Assembly: GCA_035084275.1 (NCBI GenBank)
Contig: CM068747.1
Coordinates: 23,870,001-23,934,000, forward strand
Length of the DNA stretch: 64,000 nucleotides
Direction of reading: 5' to 3'
Origin: Hydrolagus colliei
Taxonomy: Eukaryota
The translations under genes were made by a program, and so were the position numbers. Every line of letters starts with the position of its first letter. The first letter of the stretch is position 1. The notes under the pieces were generated by a model. That model did not search any database and had not been told where the DNA came from. It saw nothing but the letters and a program-made list of their open reading frames with translations. Below, piece by piece: positions 1 through 11,801 of the stretch.

Positions 1-119
1 ACAAGCATTGTCTGGCAAGCTTTTCATTGCTTTTCCAGCTACCATCACCTACCCTCAGGACTCTGCCTTTCAGAGACAACCAGAGCTGAGCAGGAGGAAT
101 CCTTGGTTCCAGCAACTGC

Positions 120-630
120 TCCAACAACAACAACAAAATGTCATTTGTATAGAGTCTTTCACGTCAGGAGGATGTCCCAAGGCACTGGGCAGTTATTGAT
201 TCAGACCCGAGCTGAGGAAAGGGAGGGGGGTGTTGGGGAGTTGCTGATGGGTTCATCGAAGAGGAGACTCTTGAGGCAAAACTTGAAGGAGGCTAAGGAG
301 GGGGCGAGGTGGAGGGACTTCAAGATAGAATTCCAGAGGTTGGGGGCAAAGTGGCTGAAGGCTCGCCCACCAATTGTTGGGCGGGTGGGTCGGGGGACGT
401 GGAGCAGGCTGAATGGAGGGGGTGGGCAGGTTGGTAAGGGGATAGGAGGTCACAGATGTAGGGTGGGGCGAGGTTGTGGAGGGCTTTAAATGCGAGGACT
501 AGGATCTTTAATTGGATCCTCTGGATGATGGGAAGCCAATGGAGTCGGGCAAGGATGGGGGAGATGGAATCATGGAGTTTGGAATGGTAGAGTTCTGGAT
601 TATCTGCAGCCTGTGGAGAGAGGAATTGCA
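120..630 (-). mobile_element. L2 LINE 3' fragment (5'-truncated, degenerate)
   Basis: Minus ORF 320-631 has the L2 ORF2 C-terminal motif SPILARLHWLPIIQRIQLKILVLAFKALHNLAPPYICDLL. The (TTG)n tail appears as caacaacaacaac at ~122-135 and matches the tail at 4980-5044. Confidence 0.9.
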
Positions 631-1134
631 AAGGTCAAGACGCATTATCAAATGCAACTATTATTGTTATTAAGGTAGATCCCAAGCTCTGATATGTAAG
701 GATACTTATCACACTGGATATAGCTGTGCCATAGCTTATGAATTTGGTAAAGAATTGTTACGTCTTTTTAAAAGAAACTTGTGGAGATCTTTGAAATTAC
801 TCACTTGCAAAACAACGTGATCAGGGAATTTCTGCAATTGCTTCACAATGGCAAAGAAGGCTCGGGCAGGGAAAAATGGAATTTTTTCTACACCACAAAA
901 GTGAACAGGACACCTTTTGAATCTGGTGGAACAGAAAATGAATGCAAAGCAAAAAAATGGATAGCAATCGAAGATGGCACGTGCCCCCTCCAATGAAAGG
1001 AAAAACAATAAAATAAATATTTTCTGCACTGAAACAAAACTTATTTTGACATGTACGGCCTTTAAAGCAATTTAACGCCCAGGTTCAAAATCATTGCTCT
1101 GTAAGTCGATAATATTCTGTTACCCTGGGGTGCA

Positions 1135-1198
1135 GAGTGGAGTGGGGGGGGTGGGGGGGTGGGGTGGTTGGTGGGGGAGAGGGGCACGAGAAGGGGGT
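1135..1198 (+). repeat. G-rich low-complexity tract (potential G-quadruplex)
   Basis: Multiple runs of 4-8 G separated by short spacers. Confidence 0.6.
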
Positions 1199-3172
1199 AA
1201 ATAAATGTATACTAGTTTCTTTTCAGAACAACAAAGCACTGTGCTTTTAAAAATATATATTACCCGTTGCAAAACAGCTTTACCAAAACAGCTCATTCCC
1301 CCAAAAAATATCCCCATAAATGATCTTGAGGTTTTCAACCCGAGACCTGCTGAGTCTTTTGATTTACTGAATTATTGTGATGATCAGAGATGACATGTCA
1401 ATGGGTTTCTGCTTCTAATCATTCCGTGTGCACCCTGTCCAGACATGTAAAATGAGGATCCCATTTACTAGGGACACATTACCCTCGTTCCCAAATTCTG
1501 GAGCCGCATGACTGCCCTGCCATACAGTCAACATCCCGTGCTTGAATAAGCATCAGAGCTCACCTCATTCATATTCTGCACACGTTTAATTGCATCGACG
1601 TTATAAAACAAAATGCAGGTTGCAATGCAATTGCGAAAGATAAACGCAGACAGATGAATGAATGGTTGGAAGAATGATTCGCTTGTGTATGTTTCCCCCC
1701 TTTCTGCAGCTGAACAAAAAATGGTGTATCTTCCTGCAAGTGAAAATGATGCTCTTAAGAAAAACAACCCAATATGAATAGTTAGTGACTCACACCAATC
1801 ACTGCACCATACATCTGCAGAGAGAGCAGGTGAAGTTGAAATGACTGGAAGCTGAACAATGATCTAGACATATGATATGCCCATTTCCACTTGATGTCTT
1901 CCAAAAGCCATTCTTCATCCATTTCATTTGCATCAGCATCTATTGTCTTTTTTTTTGTTCATCTGCTTTCTCTCAAATTCATTTCAATAAATCAATTAAA
2001 ATGCACAGCTGTTTCAGAGCTCTTTGCAGGTAAGTCCATATGGTTTTGATGAAAACAATTGAGCTTGTCTGGTAATGAGAAGCCACAAAATGACTTCATT
2101 CAAAGCATTACATTTTCTGCGCAACAGCAAGAGGATAAATGTTTTCTGTGTCGCAAGTAAAAAAGCACGCTGAAAACTCGACACATCCTTCAATGCTTCC
2201 AGTTTAATTATAGTTAATAAAATGATAAAGACGTTTGCAAGAGATATTTCAATGCAGCAACTCCTAAAACACCACATTCATATTCAACTTGGGGGAAGGC
2301 TGCAATTTATTCTGAATAGTTTGAAAATGCTTAGATGCTCGTGAACCAGGTCTTTTAGAAGTTTGCTAATAAGTAAGCAAAGGTCTATTTAAGAGAGTAC
2401 TGTACAATGCTTTTTTCTATAATCATCCATGATAGATAGATACATGGGAATCAATGCTCTCAATGTTTCTAACAATTATTTTTTTAATGAACCAGATGTT
2501 GGATTTCAAAAGGAATCTGCCTGCATTTGGAGGGCTTTGTGTTACATTAAACTTCTGTAATTAGTGTTACATTTACACTTCAAAGAGTAATATTGAAATA
2601 CATTTTGAATTGAGGTGAAGGTCAGTCCTTAATAAATTATTGTGAGTAAAATAAATGGCAGTTCTGCATTCTGTACCCATTCTAAGCACTTTACAATAAT
2701 GAACTCGGTGTAGCTCAATGCTTTAATCATGTCAAGGTTCCCCTGTTTCAGCATAAAACACGCTGCAATATACATCATTACCATTAGCAGATAGACTGTG
2801 ATGCAACTATTGAGCTGTGCCAGGTGAAATTCTTTCGAGGAATGCAGACGCTTAACAGCCATTAAGCTCTTCTCTCCGCCAATAGCATCAGTGGGATTTG
2901 GTTATTTATCCATTGATGCTAACTTAGCTGAAACTTCTGAAAAGAACAATGTGATTGCCACATCTGTCTACAATGTTAAACATTGGAAGTGGTATAAAGC
3001 AGATTATTTTCAAACTGTGGCAGTGGGGGATTGACTCCCTGAAAAGTGATGGTGGTGGGTTTAGCAATTTGTGTGTTTGAGGGTGGCGTGGCAGTGGTAT
3101 AAAGCATTAAATAATGCCCAAAGGCACAGTTTCACCTTCCCAAACCAGTATCATCGCTGCAGTAGTCTCTGA

Positions 3173-3558
3173 TTGAGAAGTGTTCAAATTGACGTTTTTA
3201 AAATAATAAAGGGATTCGACAGGGTAGACACAGAGAAACTATTTCCTATGGTGGGAGGAATTCAAAACAATAATCTTAAAATTAGAACAAGGCCATTTAG
3301 GAGTGAAATCAGGAGGCAGTGTTTCACCCAAAGGGTAGTGAAAATCTGGAACTCGCTCCCCCATAAAACTGTGACTTATGGCTGGATCCATTCACATTTT
3401 CAAGATGGAGGTGCATAGATATTTGTTAGGTGAGGGTATCAAGGGATATAGGGCAAGGGTGGGTAATTGGAGTTGAGATACAGATCAGCCATGACCTTAT
3501 AGAATGGCAGAACAGGCCTGATGGGCTGAATAGCTTACTCCTGTTTCTTTGTTTCTAA
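3173..3558 (+). mobile_element. CR1 LINE 3' end
   Basis: ORF 3173-3418 VFKIIKGFDRVDTEKLFP...FRSEIRRQCFTQRVVKIWNSLP is a typical CR1 ORF2 C-terminus. It is followed by a CR1-type 3' UTR (gatgggctgaatagcttactcctgtttctttgtttct). Confidence 0.9.
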
Positions 3559-3589
3559 ATGGTGTGTCAACTTTCTTCTTGATCCAGGT

Positions 3590-3660
3590 ACCTTACACCC
3601 TACCTCTGTAAACTCCTAACCCCCTACCAACCAGCCCACTCCCTCTGCTCAATGTGCTCA
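3590..3660 (+). mobile_element. Older L2 fragment, 5' part (host of nested L2)
   Basis: ccctacctctgtaaactcctaaccccctaccaaccagcccactccctc aligns with the reverse complement of 415-470 (PYICDLLSPYQPAHPL region). It continues at 5045. Confidence 0.7.
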
Positions 3661-3661
3661 C

Positions 3662-5044
3662 TCACTTCTTGAACCCCTCCAATCAGGTTTCCGCCCTATC
3701 CACAGCACAGAAACTGCCCTGGTCAAGGTCAGAAATGACATCCTAACCGCCTGTGACCAGGGCTCCCTCTGCCTCCTCGTCCTCCTTGACCTGTCTGCTG
3801 CGTTCGACACAGTCGATCACACCATCCTCCTTCAACGTCTTTCCTTCCACCTCAACCTTCAAGGCACAGTCCTTGACTGGTTCCACTCTTATTTGACCCA
3901 CCGTTTACATTTTGTTTCTTCCAATGGTTTTTCTTCAAACCCCCGCACAATTTCTCACGGCGTCCCTCAGGGCTCTGTCCTCGGTCCCCTCCTTTTCACC
4001 CTTTACACGCTCCCTTTGGGCGACGTCATCTGCAAACATGGGGTAAATTTCCACATGTATGCGGACGACACCCAGTTGTACCTTCCTGCCTCATCCCTCA
4101 ACCCCCAGATGATCGATGTTCTGACAGCATGTCTGTCCGACATCGAGTCGTGGATGAGGGACAACTTTTTGCAATTGAACGTGAGTAAGACCGAGGCCCT
4201 CCTGATTGGCTCAAGCCAGCGCCTCCGCACATCGGGCGCTGCCAGCCTCAACATCCAAGGCTGCACTCTCCACCTCACAAAGCCAATCAGGAACCTCGGC
4301 ATCATGTTCAATCAAAAACTTTCCTTCCTGCCCCACATCCGCGCCTTGACCGGCACCGCCTATTTCCACCTGCGCAACATTGCCAGGCTCCGCAACTATC
4401 TTAACCCCTGCGCTGCTGAAACACTCATGCATGCATACATCACCTCACGGCTGGACTACGGAAATTCTCTCCTCGTCGGCCTCCCCAGTTCCTCCATTCA
4501 CAGGCTGCAGGTCATCCAAAACTCTGCAGCCCGTGTACTATCCCGCACCCGCCTCCGCGACCACATAACCCCCATCCTCGCCCGTCTCCATTGGCTCCCC
4601 ATCCTCCAGAGGATCGAGTTCAAGATCCTCTGGAGGATGGGGCCTTACATGGCCTTGCCCCGCCCTATTTAACCAATCTACTCTCCCCCTACACGCCCAC
4701 CCGGACCCTCCGTTCAACAGGACTTGGCCTGTTCCAAGCCCCCTGCCCGAAACCGCCCCACCATCGGAGGCCGGGCCTTCAGTTTCTCTGCTCCCACCTT
4801 ATGGAATGCCATCCCTCAATCCCTCCGTTTCATCTCTTCCGTTTCCTCTTTCAAGGCCGGTTTGAAGACTTTCCTCTTCGATCGTGCCTTTTGTTCCACC
4901 CCAAACTCTTTTACCTCCCCTTCGTGTTTCACCCCTTCCCAAACACTCCCCTCCCAGCTCGGGTCACACGCCTCCTGTGCAGCGCCTTGGGATGTCCTCG
5001 CGACGTGAAAGGTGCTCTATAAATGTAATTTGTTGTTGTTGTTG
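3662..5044 (+). mobile_element. Young L2 LINE, 5'-truncated, with near-intact reverse transcriptase domain
   Basis: Stop-free frame from 3662: LLEPLQSGFRPIHSTETAL...LLDLSAAFDTVDH...GVPQGSVLGPLLF...YADDTQLY...SRLDYGNSLL...LHWLP. The frame is disrupted at ~4630. The element ends in the L2 3' stem-loop and (TTG)n tail. Confidence 0.97.
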
Positions 5045-5258
5045 CTCCAGCCTGTTCCATGTCCTCCAACTCACCAGCCACCCAGTGGGCGAGACTTCAG
5101 CCACTCTGTCCGCAACCTCTGGAATTCTATCCCGCAATCTCTCCACCTTGCCTCCCCCCCCGCCTCCCCACCAGCCCAGCCTCCCTCAAGTCCCACCGCA
5201 AGACCCTCCTCTTCGACTCGCATTTATACCGTGTCTTTCACATGAGAAAGTGTCTCGA
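5045..5258 (+). mobile_element. Older L2 fragment, 3' part
   Basis: gggcgagacttcagccactctgtccgcaacctctggaattctatc aligns with the reverse complement of 323-370. It continues the 3590-3660 fragment. Confidence 0.75.
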
Positions 5259-5988
5259 ATTTTTGTGTCCTTCATTGTTTTTGTCAAGAATTTAATTGCT
5301 ATGTAGTGTTGCTTCTAATGAGTTTACATCTCATCCCTGATGTTGCAAAGTTGGCTTGGAACCTAAATTCAGGCTAATGTCACTCCGAGGACAATTATTC
5401 AAACTCATATGCAGGTGTTTGATGCTTAGGGAGGATCAAATATTTTATAATTGATCCAATTCTATTCCTCCAAGCTCCCGAGCAAGTCCAGATTCCACAC
5501 ATCAGCCGATGTCTCTTGTGCCTTTGTGTAGTTTTGCTGCAGATTGAAGCTGACAGGGCCTTGCACAGGTTTGGTGTGCTCTTGTAGACCACTGTTGAAC
5601 AGCAACATCCTTACATAAGCTTTCAGCACCAAGATAAAATAAAAGGATTAAAGCCAATAATGATTTGTTGTAATTTACACCCATTTCTTCCCAAGTCTCT
5701 TTCTGATAACCCACAGTCATTCCCGTCTAAGAAGCACATAAATTATCAATGTAACGCACACATTTGAGATATAATCATGAGATGTTTAATAGGGAAGCAA
5801 CAGGAATCACACTCCTTCTTTATTCAAAGTTTTTTTTAAGTGACTATTTCTCTCCTACAATTTTTATATTGGCAACGGATAATCTATTTACGAGAATCAA
5901 AGTTTCACTTTAAACTTTTGAGAGTTCTCTAAAATAACACTTTCAGTGTAATACCTATGTGCCAGACTTGTGACATGCTAAAATCTTG

Positions 5989-6041
5989 CAAGATTTCAGA
6001 ATCACAAGGTTTCAGAATCGCAAGATTTCAAATCACAAGAT
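5989..6041. repeat. Short tandem repeat, 16-bp unit x ~3.4
   Basis: caagatttcagaatca / caaggtttcagaatcg / caagatttcaaatca / caagat. Confidence 0.85.
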
Positions 6042-6653
6042 GTTGTCTCACTCAAGCCCACCGAATTGCAAATGGACAACAGTAAAAATGGACTAAATCA
6101 AGTTTTGAAATCACACATGTTTGCAGTACAGGGTCAATCCCCAGAGGTAAGTTAAAAGCAATCTGTGGGGCTTGAACACATCCCCAAATTCAGACTTGGA
6201 GCTTTGCGTTTCTTTGTTTAACCAGGTAACAGTGGAAATGGCATTGCCATCCTCTCTTCATACCACAGGCCCTTAGCTTCCATATTCATTCCACACGTGG
6301 TTGCACAACATATAAAATTAGAGAGGCAAGAGAAGAACCATCATGGTAAAAACAATAATTGAACAAGCCACAGCACAAAGTTGACATTTCATTCAGTGTC
6401 CTCTTTCGCATCCGATTTCCAAATACAGAAAAGACTGATTGACGATTCATCAGCTTTGCTAACTTGATCAGTGCTGATAGACCTAATAAGGTGAATAGCT
6501 GCTCACATGACCATATTGTGCTTAGACAGTAGACAGCAATGTAAACTGCAGCTTGGGAGCTATAAACACTGTTCTTTTGCCTTAGTTGGTCTACCAATAT
6601 TGCAGAGCTATATTTCTCAGCTCTGTTGGCATATCCTGGAACTATTAATCATT

Positions 6654-6710
6654 ACACACATGCACACACATGCACACACACACACACACACATACACACA
6701 TACAGACATA
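6654..6710. repeat. (CA)n microsatellite, imperfect
   Basis: acacacatgcacacacatgcacacacacacacacacacatacacaca. Confidence 0.9.
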
Positions 6711-7385
6711 CTGACCCCACCTCCCATCTTGTCTTTGAGACGGTTTGGAATTTCTTGTTTATTGATGGCAGTAAATCTTCAACACAAGAAGAGCAGATTC
6801 ACTGCTGGTATCCACAGCAAATTCTTCAGCTGTTAGGTCATGAGCTGCTTGGAAGAGCTCACCCAAAGCCTAAGTGGGTCTCATGCCTCCACTCAGGGAA
6901 ATTGTGTAGCTTCATTAGAATTTGCATTATCTTCCCAATCTCTGACCATATTCCAGATTTGTATACTCCAAGTACTGTATATTATCTTTATTTGAAAGTT
7001 GTAATTTGTTCTCTTGTGCAGACAACTATAGATGACTAGGCCAAGTCCCTGGCTTAAAAAGGGACAACAGCAATGATGGTAGTCAAGGAATTTCACCCCT
7101 GAACCCCCCTCACATACTATAATGTGGAGCAGGCATAATAGTTATATAGAGGCAGCATATCAGACAAGAGCAGGGTTAAGGTGCTGATTTCTGTGACATG
7201 CCAAGTAATGGTAATACGTCCCTCAGGATCACTGCAATAAACTGTGATGGAAACGAGACTTGGAAGGCACAAGAGAAGTTACTACGCAGATGAAGCCTGA
7301 AAAATAAATATGGAAATTGTGTACATGCAAGACTGTTCCTCCTGTAAGAAGAGGTAACCCTATGCCCCACTATCCCTGTAAAACA

Positions 7386-7520
7386 TAATAATAATCCTTG
7401 CATTTGATATAACACCTTATCATGTTGTTGAGATGTTTCAAAGCGCTTCATAGAACATACCATAAAGTGAATTGACTATATAGTTCATGGGTGAAAGTTG
7501 TAATAACTGGTTGCAAACAA
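7386..7520 (-). mobile_element. tRNA-SINE family A, 3' fragment
   Basis: Reverse complement of the family tail: aataataatccttgcatttgatat...aagcgcttca...aagtgaattgact. Confidence 0.85.
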
Positions 7521-8481
7521 ATCTTTACATTTGACATTTAGTCAAAGATTTCAGCCAAAGTTTACATTTCTAGTGCACCAGAATGCAATGTGGCCATTGG
7601 AACCTATCAGACCATCTAAATAGTAATGGCTACCTTGGGCAGGCCTTCAAAGATTGATTTAGTCTTAGGAAAGTCCCTGCTGGACAAGTGCTGTACCATT
7701 ACTTAAGAAGTGTTTACCTATGGTCCCGTTACAAATATTTTATTCTATTTAGACAAGGCATAGGAAAATCTCATGAAGAATTGTAGCTAAAACTGGTTCC
7801 TCATTTTAAGGCCAGCAGAGGTAGATTAACATAGCTTTTGAGTACAAACGTAATGACATTTTTTCTGACCACTACACTCAGGTATATTAGTGCAGGGAAC
7901 AAACAGTGAAAGGTTTTATTTAGGATGTTCTTGTTGAGACAATCTATTTGCATGAGAGTATGACAGCGGCAGGCAAGTCTCTAAGTACTGAGAACTGGCT
8001 TCAGTCACTGTCTTTAGTTGCACTTGAGCAGACAGTATTATGGAAATCTGCTGTGCATAATTCTAAGTTACCAGTAATCATTTCAAGGCCATGTAAATTA
8101 AAAGGAATTTTATTGAAGTGAATTGAAACAGTTGACTTGAAGAGTCTGCACAGGCAGATTTCTTCTTGTACTGATCTCTATATACAACCCCGATGTAAAC
8201 ATCCAACCTTAGTCTTAGCAATCCGAAACGCTTTGAGCTCGTTTGAGTTGTGACTGCTGGCTTTTTTTTGAGCATTCAAAATATGTAAATGTGTGTCATT
8301 AAGTAGTATCAAATCCCGAGTCGTAAATATTCTTGATGTTAAACTCTGTAGTTTCATATTTCTACAACTTTGTTTTACTGCAGCTGTCCAGACCAACTGA
8401 CACGTGTGGGGACAAAGTCAAATAAAGCAAACAGTCCAAATACTTGAACCCTGAGCTCCTTTTCAAGAGCATGAGTCTCCT

Positions 8482-8905
8482 ACATAGAACATCAGAACAG
8501 GAGTAGGCCATTCAGCCCCTCGAGCCTGATCGGTTTTAAAAGCTTGCGGATTGTCAGAATAAGGGAACGAAAGACTGGGGGAGTCAGGGTAGTGGCAATC
8601 GAATAGATTCCATTCTATTGGAACATGGCTAATCTATTCCTCAAGTAGAATTACCTGCCTTTGATCCATATCCCTTGATACCTTACCTAACAAAACCTGT
8701 CCACATCAGTCTTGAAAATTTGAATGGATAATAATAATAATCCTTGCACTTGATATAGTGCTTTTCACGTCTTCCAGCATCCACAGCCAGTTGGGGGAGA
8801 AAGTTCTAGATTGCCACTCCCCTGACTCCCCCAGTCTTACCTTCCCTTATTCTGACAATCCACAAGCTTTTAAAACCTACGGTCAGGGTCACCTAACCAT
8901 TTCTT
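8482..8905 (-). mobile_element. Rearranged CR1 3' relic containing an inverted duplication and a SINE tail
   Basis: acatagaacatcagaacaggagtaggccattcagcccctcgagcctg is an antisense CR1 tail (compare 3500-3558). tatcccttgataccttacctaacaaaa is antisense to 3420-3450. SINE-A tail at 8728-8774. Inverted arms at 8532-8603 and 8804-8877. Confidence 0.8.
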
Positions 8906-9221
8906 CATGACCTATCTCATTTACTGCCAGTCACACACAAACACACACACAAACACACACCCATTCCAGAACTATTATATACTGCAGTGATTGTAAATAA
9001 TATTTGATTGAATGTTGGTCTGTTTAACACCCTCCAGAGTCCACACTTCAAACTGTCAATTCCATCTTTGACAATGTCCTAAATGTGAGCTGCACACATT
9101 CATAATTCATTCTTTTACTAAAAGCACAAGTTCAGTTCAGTTTCTGAAGGAGGCAGAAAAATGACAAAAGATTCTGAGAACTTTAAATGTAAAAGTGATG
9201 GCAGGTGAGGTTATCAAGTAC

Positions 9222-9293
9222 TCTAGGACACTCAAGTGCTCCAGAATACTATCCTGCATGAGAGGCGCTATATAAATGCAAATTGTTGTTGTT
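9222..9293 (+). mobile_element. L2-type 3' tail, second family (tail B)
   Basis: aagtgctccagaatactatcctgcatgagaggcgctatataaatgcaaattgttgttgtt. Homologous to the minus copy at 25761-25820. Confidence 0.75.
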
Positions 9294-9806
9294 ACCAAAT
9301 GAATTTTTCTGCCTGAAATAGTACCTGTTGCAAACCTGCAGTGCTGTTGTTCACATTCAAACACTGAATCTTTGGCTATATTCCATGTGAGCGCATAAAA
9401 TCATACATGTTCTTAAAAATCAATCGTAATAGTATAAATTTAATTATATATATACAATAGATTTTTGTGAAATATAAGATCAACCCTATCTGAAGTTATT
9501 AGAATTGATTTTCGTCTTACATAATTTCAGTTTATGGTTCTTGTCAGATGAATGGTCATTCAAACTTAATCCATTCCTTTTCAAGGGGTCAGAAGGACCT
9601 AGTTTTGGGAATGCTTCTACACAATACATGGTGACACAGACAAACTTGTATGGACAATCTGTAATTATGCTAATAATATCAAAAAACAGGCAATTGAAAG
9701 GCTTAAAAAGCCTTACGCAACCGGCTCTGTTAATTTTCTTGTGTTTGCTAAGCTTCATGTTTTCTCTCACTAACATATTGTTAATGTTGTAAGATATTTT
9801 TGTATT

Positions 9807-9920
9807 AATATAATAATAATCCTTGCGTTTGAAATGACACCTTAACAGGTCTTCAAGATGTCTCAGATTGCTTCACAGAATATACTGTAAAATGAATTGA
9901 CTGTTTGGTGGGCAAAACAA
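9807..9920 (-). mobile_element. tRNA-SINE family A, 3' fragment
   Basis: aataataataatccttgcgtttga...cttcacagaatatactgtaaaatgaattgactgt. Confidence 0.85.
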
Positions 9921-10199
9921 TGTTACGTTAATGTTATTTCTTACCTACTTTATTGTGTTATTAAAATAACAATGGTTCTAACATAATAATATTAAATTGC
10001 TTTATTATCATAACGCTGCTATGTTATTAAAGTAAATCTAGACCCAGGTGATATTTTTACTGTATCGTCTTTCCAGTAATTCTTGCCGTTATTTTACCTT
10101 GTGCAAATCAACAAAGGAATTCCCTTAGGGCTGCATTGTACTCAAGCCTTTATCATTTCACCTAGCCAAGTAACACACTGCCAATGGGTGCAACATGGG

Positions 10200-10770
10200 A
10201 TTTACTTTGCTTTGTTGATAGCAGTTTCACACTGACTTGTTCGGCGAATGATCAATGATCACACCCAATTTTCAAATAAACACCCCTTCATTTTACCATT
10301 TCTTGTTCCAATAAGCACAACATTACATTTATTCAAATTAAAATCCATCTGCCACTCGTTGCTTCATTGGTCCAGGCCTTCTTGAATGCAATTCATCCTC
10401 CTTATATTATTCACCCACCCACATAGTTTGCCGTTCTCATCCAAGTTATTTATGAATAGTGTGAACAGCGGGGAACCAAGAACAGACACTTTTATAACTT
10501 CTATACCCTCCCAGGTGAAGCTTGTCCCATTTATCATCACATTTTGCTTCCTGGTGCTCCCCCATTTTTAATCCATCTCACTCATTTGCCATTAATTCCA
10601 TTAGTTTTTTTTCTTCTTTAAAAGATCCATATGTAGAAACTTGATCAATTATCTTTTAAAAATCCAAGTACATTATATTCTATTGGTTAGCCCTCATCAA
10701 CTAGTTTAATTACTTCCTCCAAAAATTCCAGCAGATTCATGAAGCGCAAACTCTAAATCCATGTTCAGTA
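10200..10770 (-). mobile_element. Ancient CR1 RT-domain relic
   Basis: The minus strand gives LLEFLEEVIKLVDEG, IMYLDF*K and EWQMDFNLNKCNVVLIG. These are degenerate CR1 RT motifs with stops and deletions. Confidence 0.8.
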
Positions 10771-11801
10771 CTTTTAGCATATGTGTCGTTTATCCTACGG
10801 AGGGAAACCATTTGATGCACTCCAATGGACATTGTCAAGGATGTTTGTATTTTCAGCTAGACGTAGAGTGATAGGGTAGTTAAGAAAGTAACATTTTCTG
10901 CTAATTCTTGCATTAAAAAGTTTCAGTGGTATTTGGCCAGTGGTAAATGGAGCTCTATGTGTGCACTTGCATACAAAAGAGCTGTGAGTGAGACAAGAAA
11001 ACTTGATGCTGCCAGTTCACACCTCTTGCGAAGCAGATAACAGTGTTGAAACAGTACAGTGCAGAGTAGCTGAACTGAAGGATTGTTTATATCTCTTTAC
11101 ACTGAAAGGATACGGATGATTGGCACCAGAGCTGAAATTTTAGTGGAAATAGGAGCAAGACTAGAATTTCAATAGGGCACCATACATTCCACAGAGGCAA
11201 ACTACATATTTCTATGAATGTTGATGTGGTCGTGTCATGTTTTTTTTTGAACACTGTATATGTAAGTTTCCAGAAGAGACACACAAACAAAATGTGAGGC
11301 CATGCATTCAGAATGGAGGTCGATGTATTCAACCTTTTGAACGGTGCCAGATGAATTAACTGGACTATTTTTGCTGAGAGAGTATAATAATACAATATTT
11401 TCATTTGGCAAACCCATGCATAAGCCAATCTGTTCCTCTTGCTATTGCCTTTGACCTGGGACAAATGACCTGGGACGAATGAAATAAACCAACAATGATG
11501 ACATGTAATTTTAAATGAATAGAATTAAACAGGCTTACAGTTATTCCTTGTATGCAATCAACTGATATTAATCTATGTGAAATACATAGAATATTTGCTT
11601 TGTTTATGCTTTCTGGTTTATGCTTTTATTGAATCAATACAACCTAAGAAGAAAGTAGCAGCCAATGAATAATTCCGTTTTCTGAAACCCATGCATTCAC
11701 TGCGGGTGTCCTATTTTGTTTTATTATACTTATGCTACAGTTTATTTTGAAAGTTTAAGTTTATTTAAAATATTTTCCTGCTGATTTCTGGTCATTGTGA
11801 A

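Noticed and set aside
8-199. ORF with polyQ run
   Set aside because: The Q run is the antisense (TTG)n tail of an L2, not a protein.
2988-3106. 14-bp direct repeat agtggtataaagca flanking ~90 bp with an hAT-like start (ttttcaaactgtgg)
   Set aside because: There is no convincing second TIR and 14 bp does not fit an 8-bp hAT TSD. I cannot support an element call.
3893-4672. 259-aa ORF as a host gene or domesticated RT
   Set aside because: It is part of a 5'-truncated L2 with a typical tail and a frameshift. It has no ATG start (ttg) and no splice evidence.
5989-6041. CRISPR-like repeat array
   Set aside because: Head-to-tail 16-bp units with no spacers in a eukaryotic context; an ordinary minisatellite.
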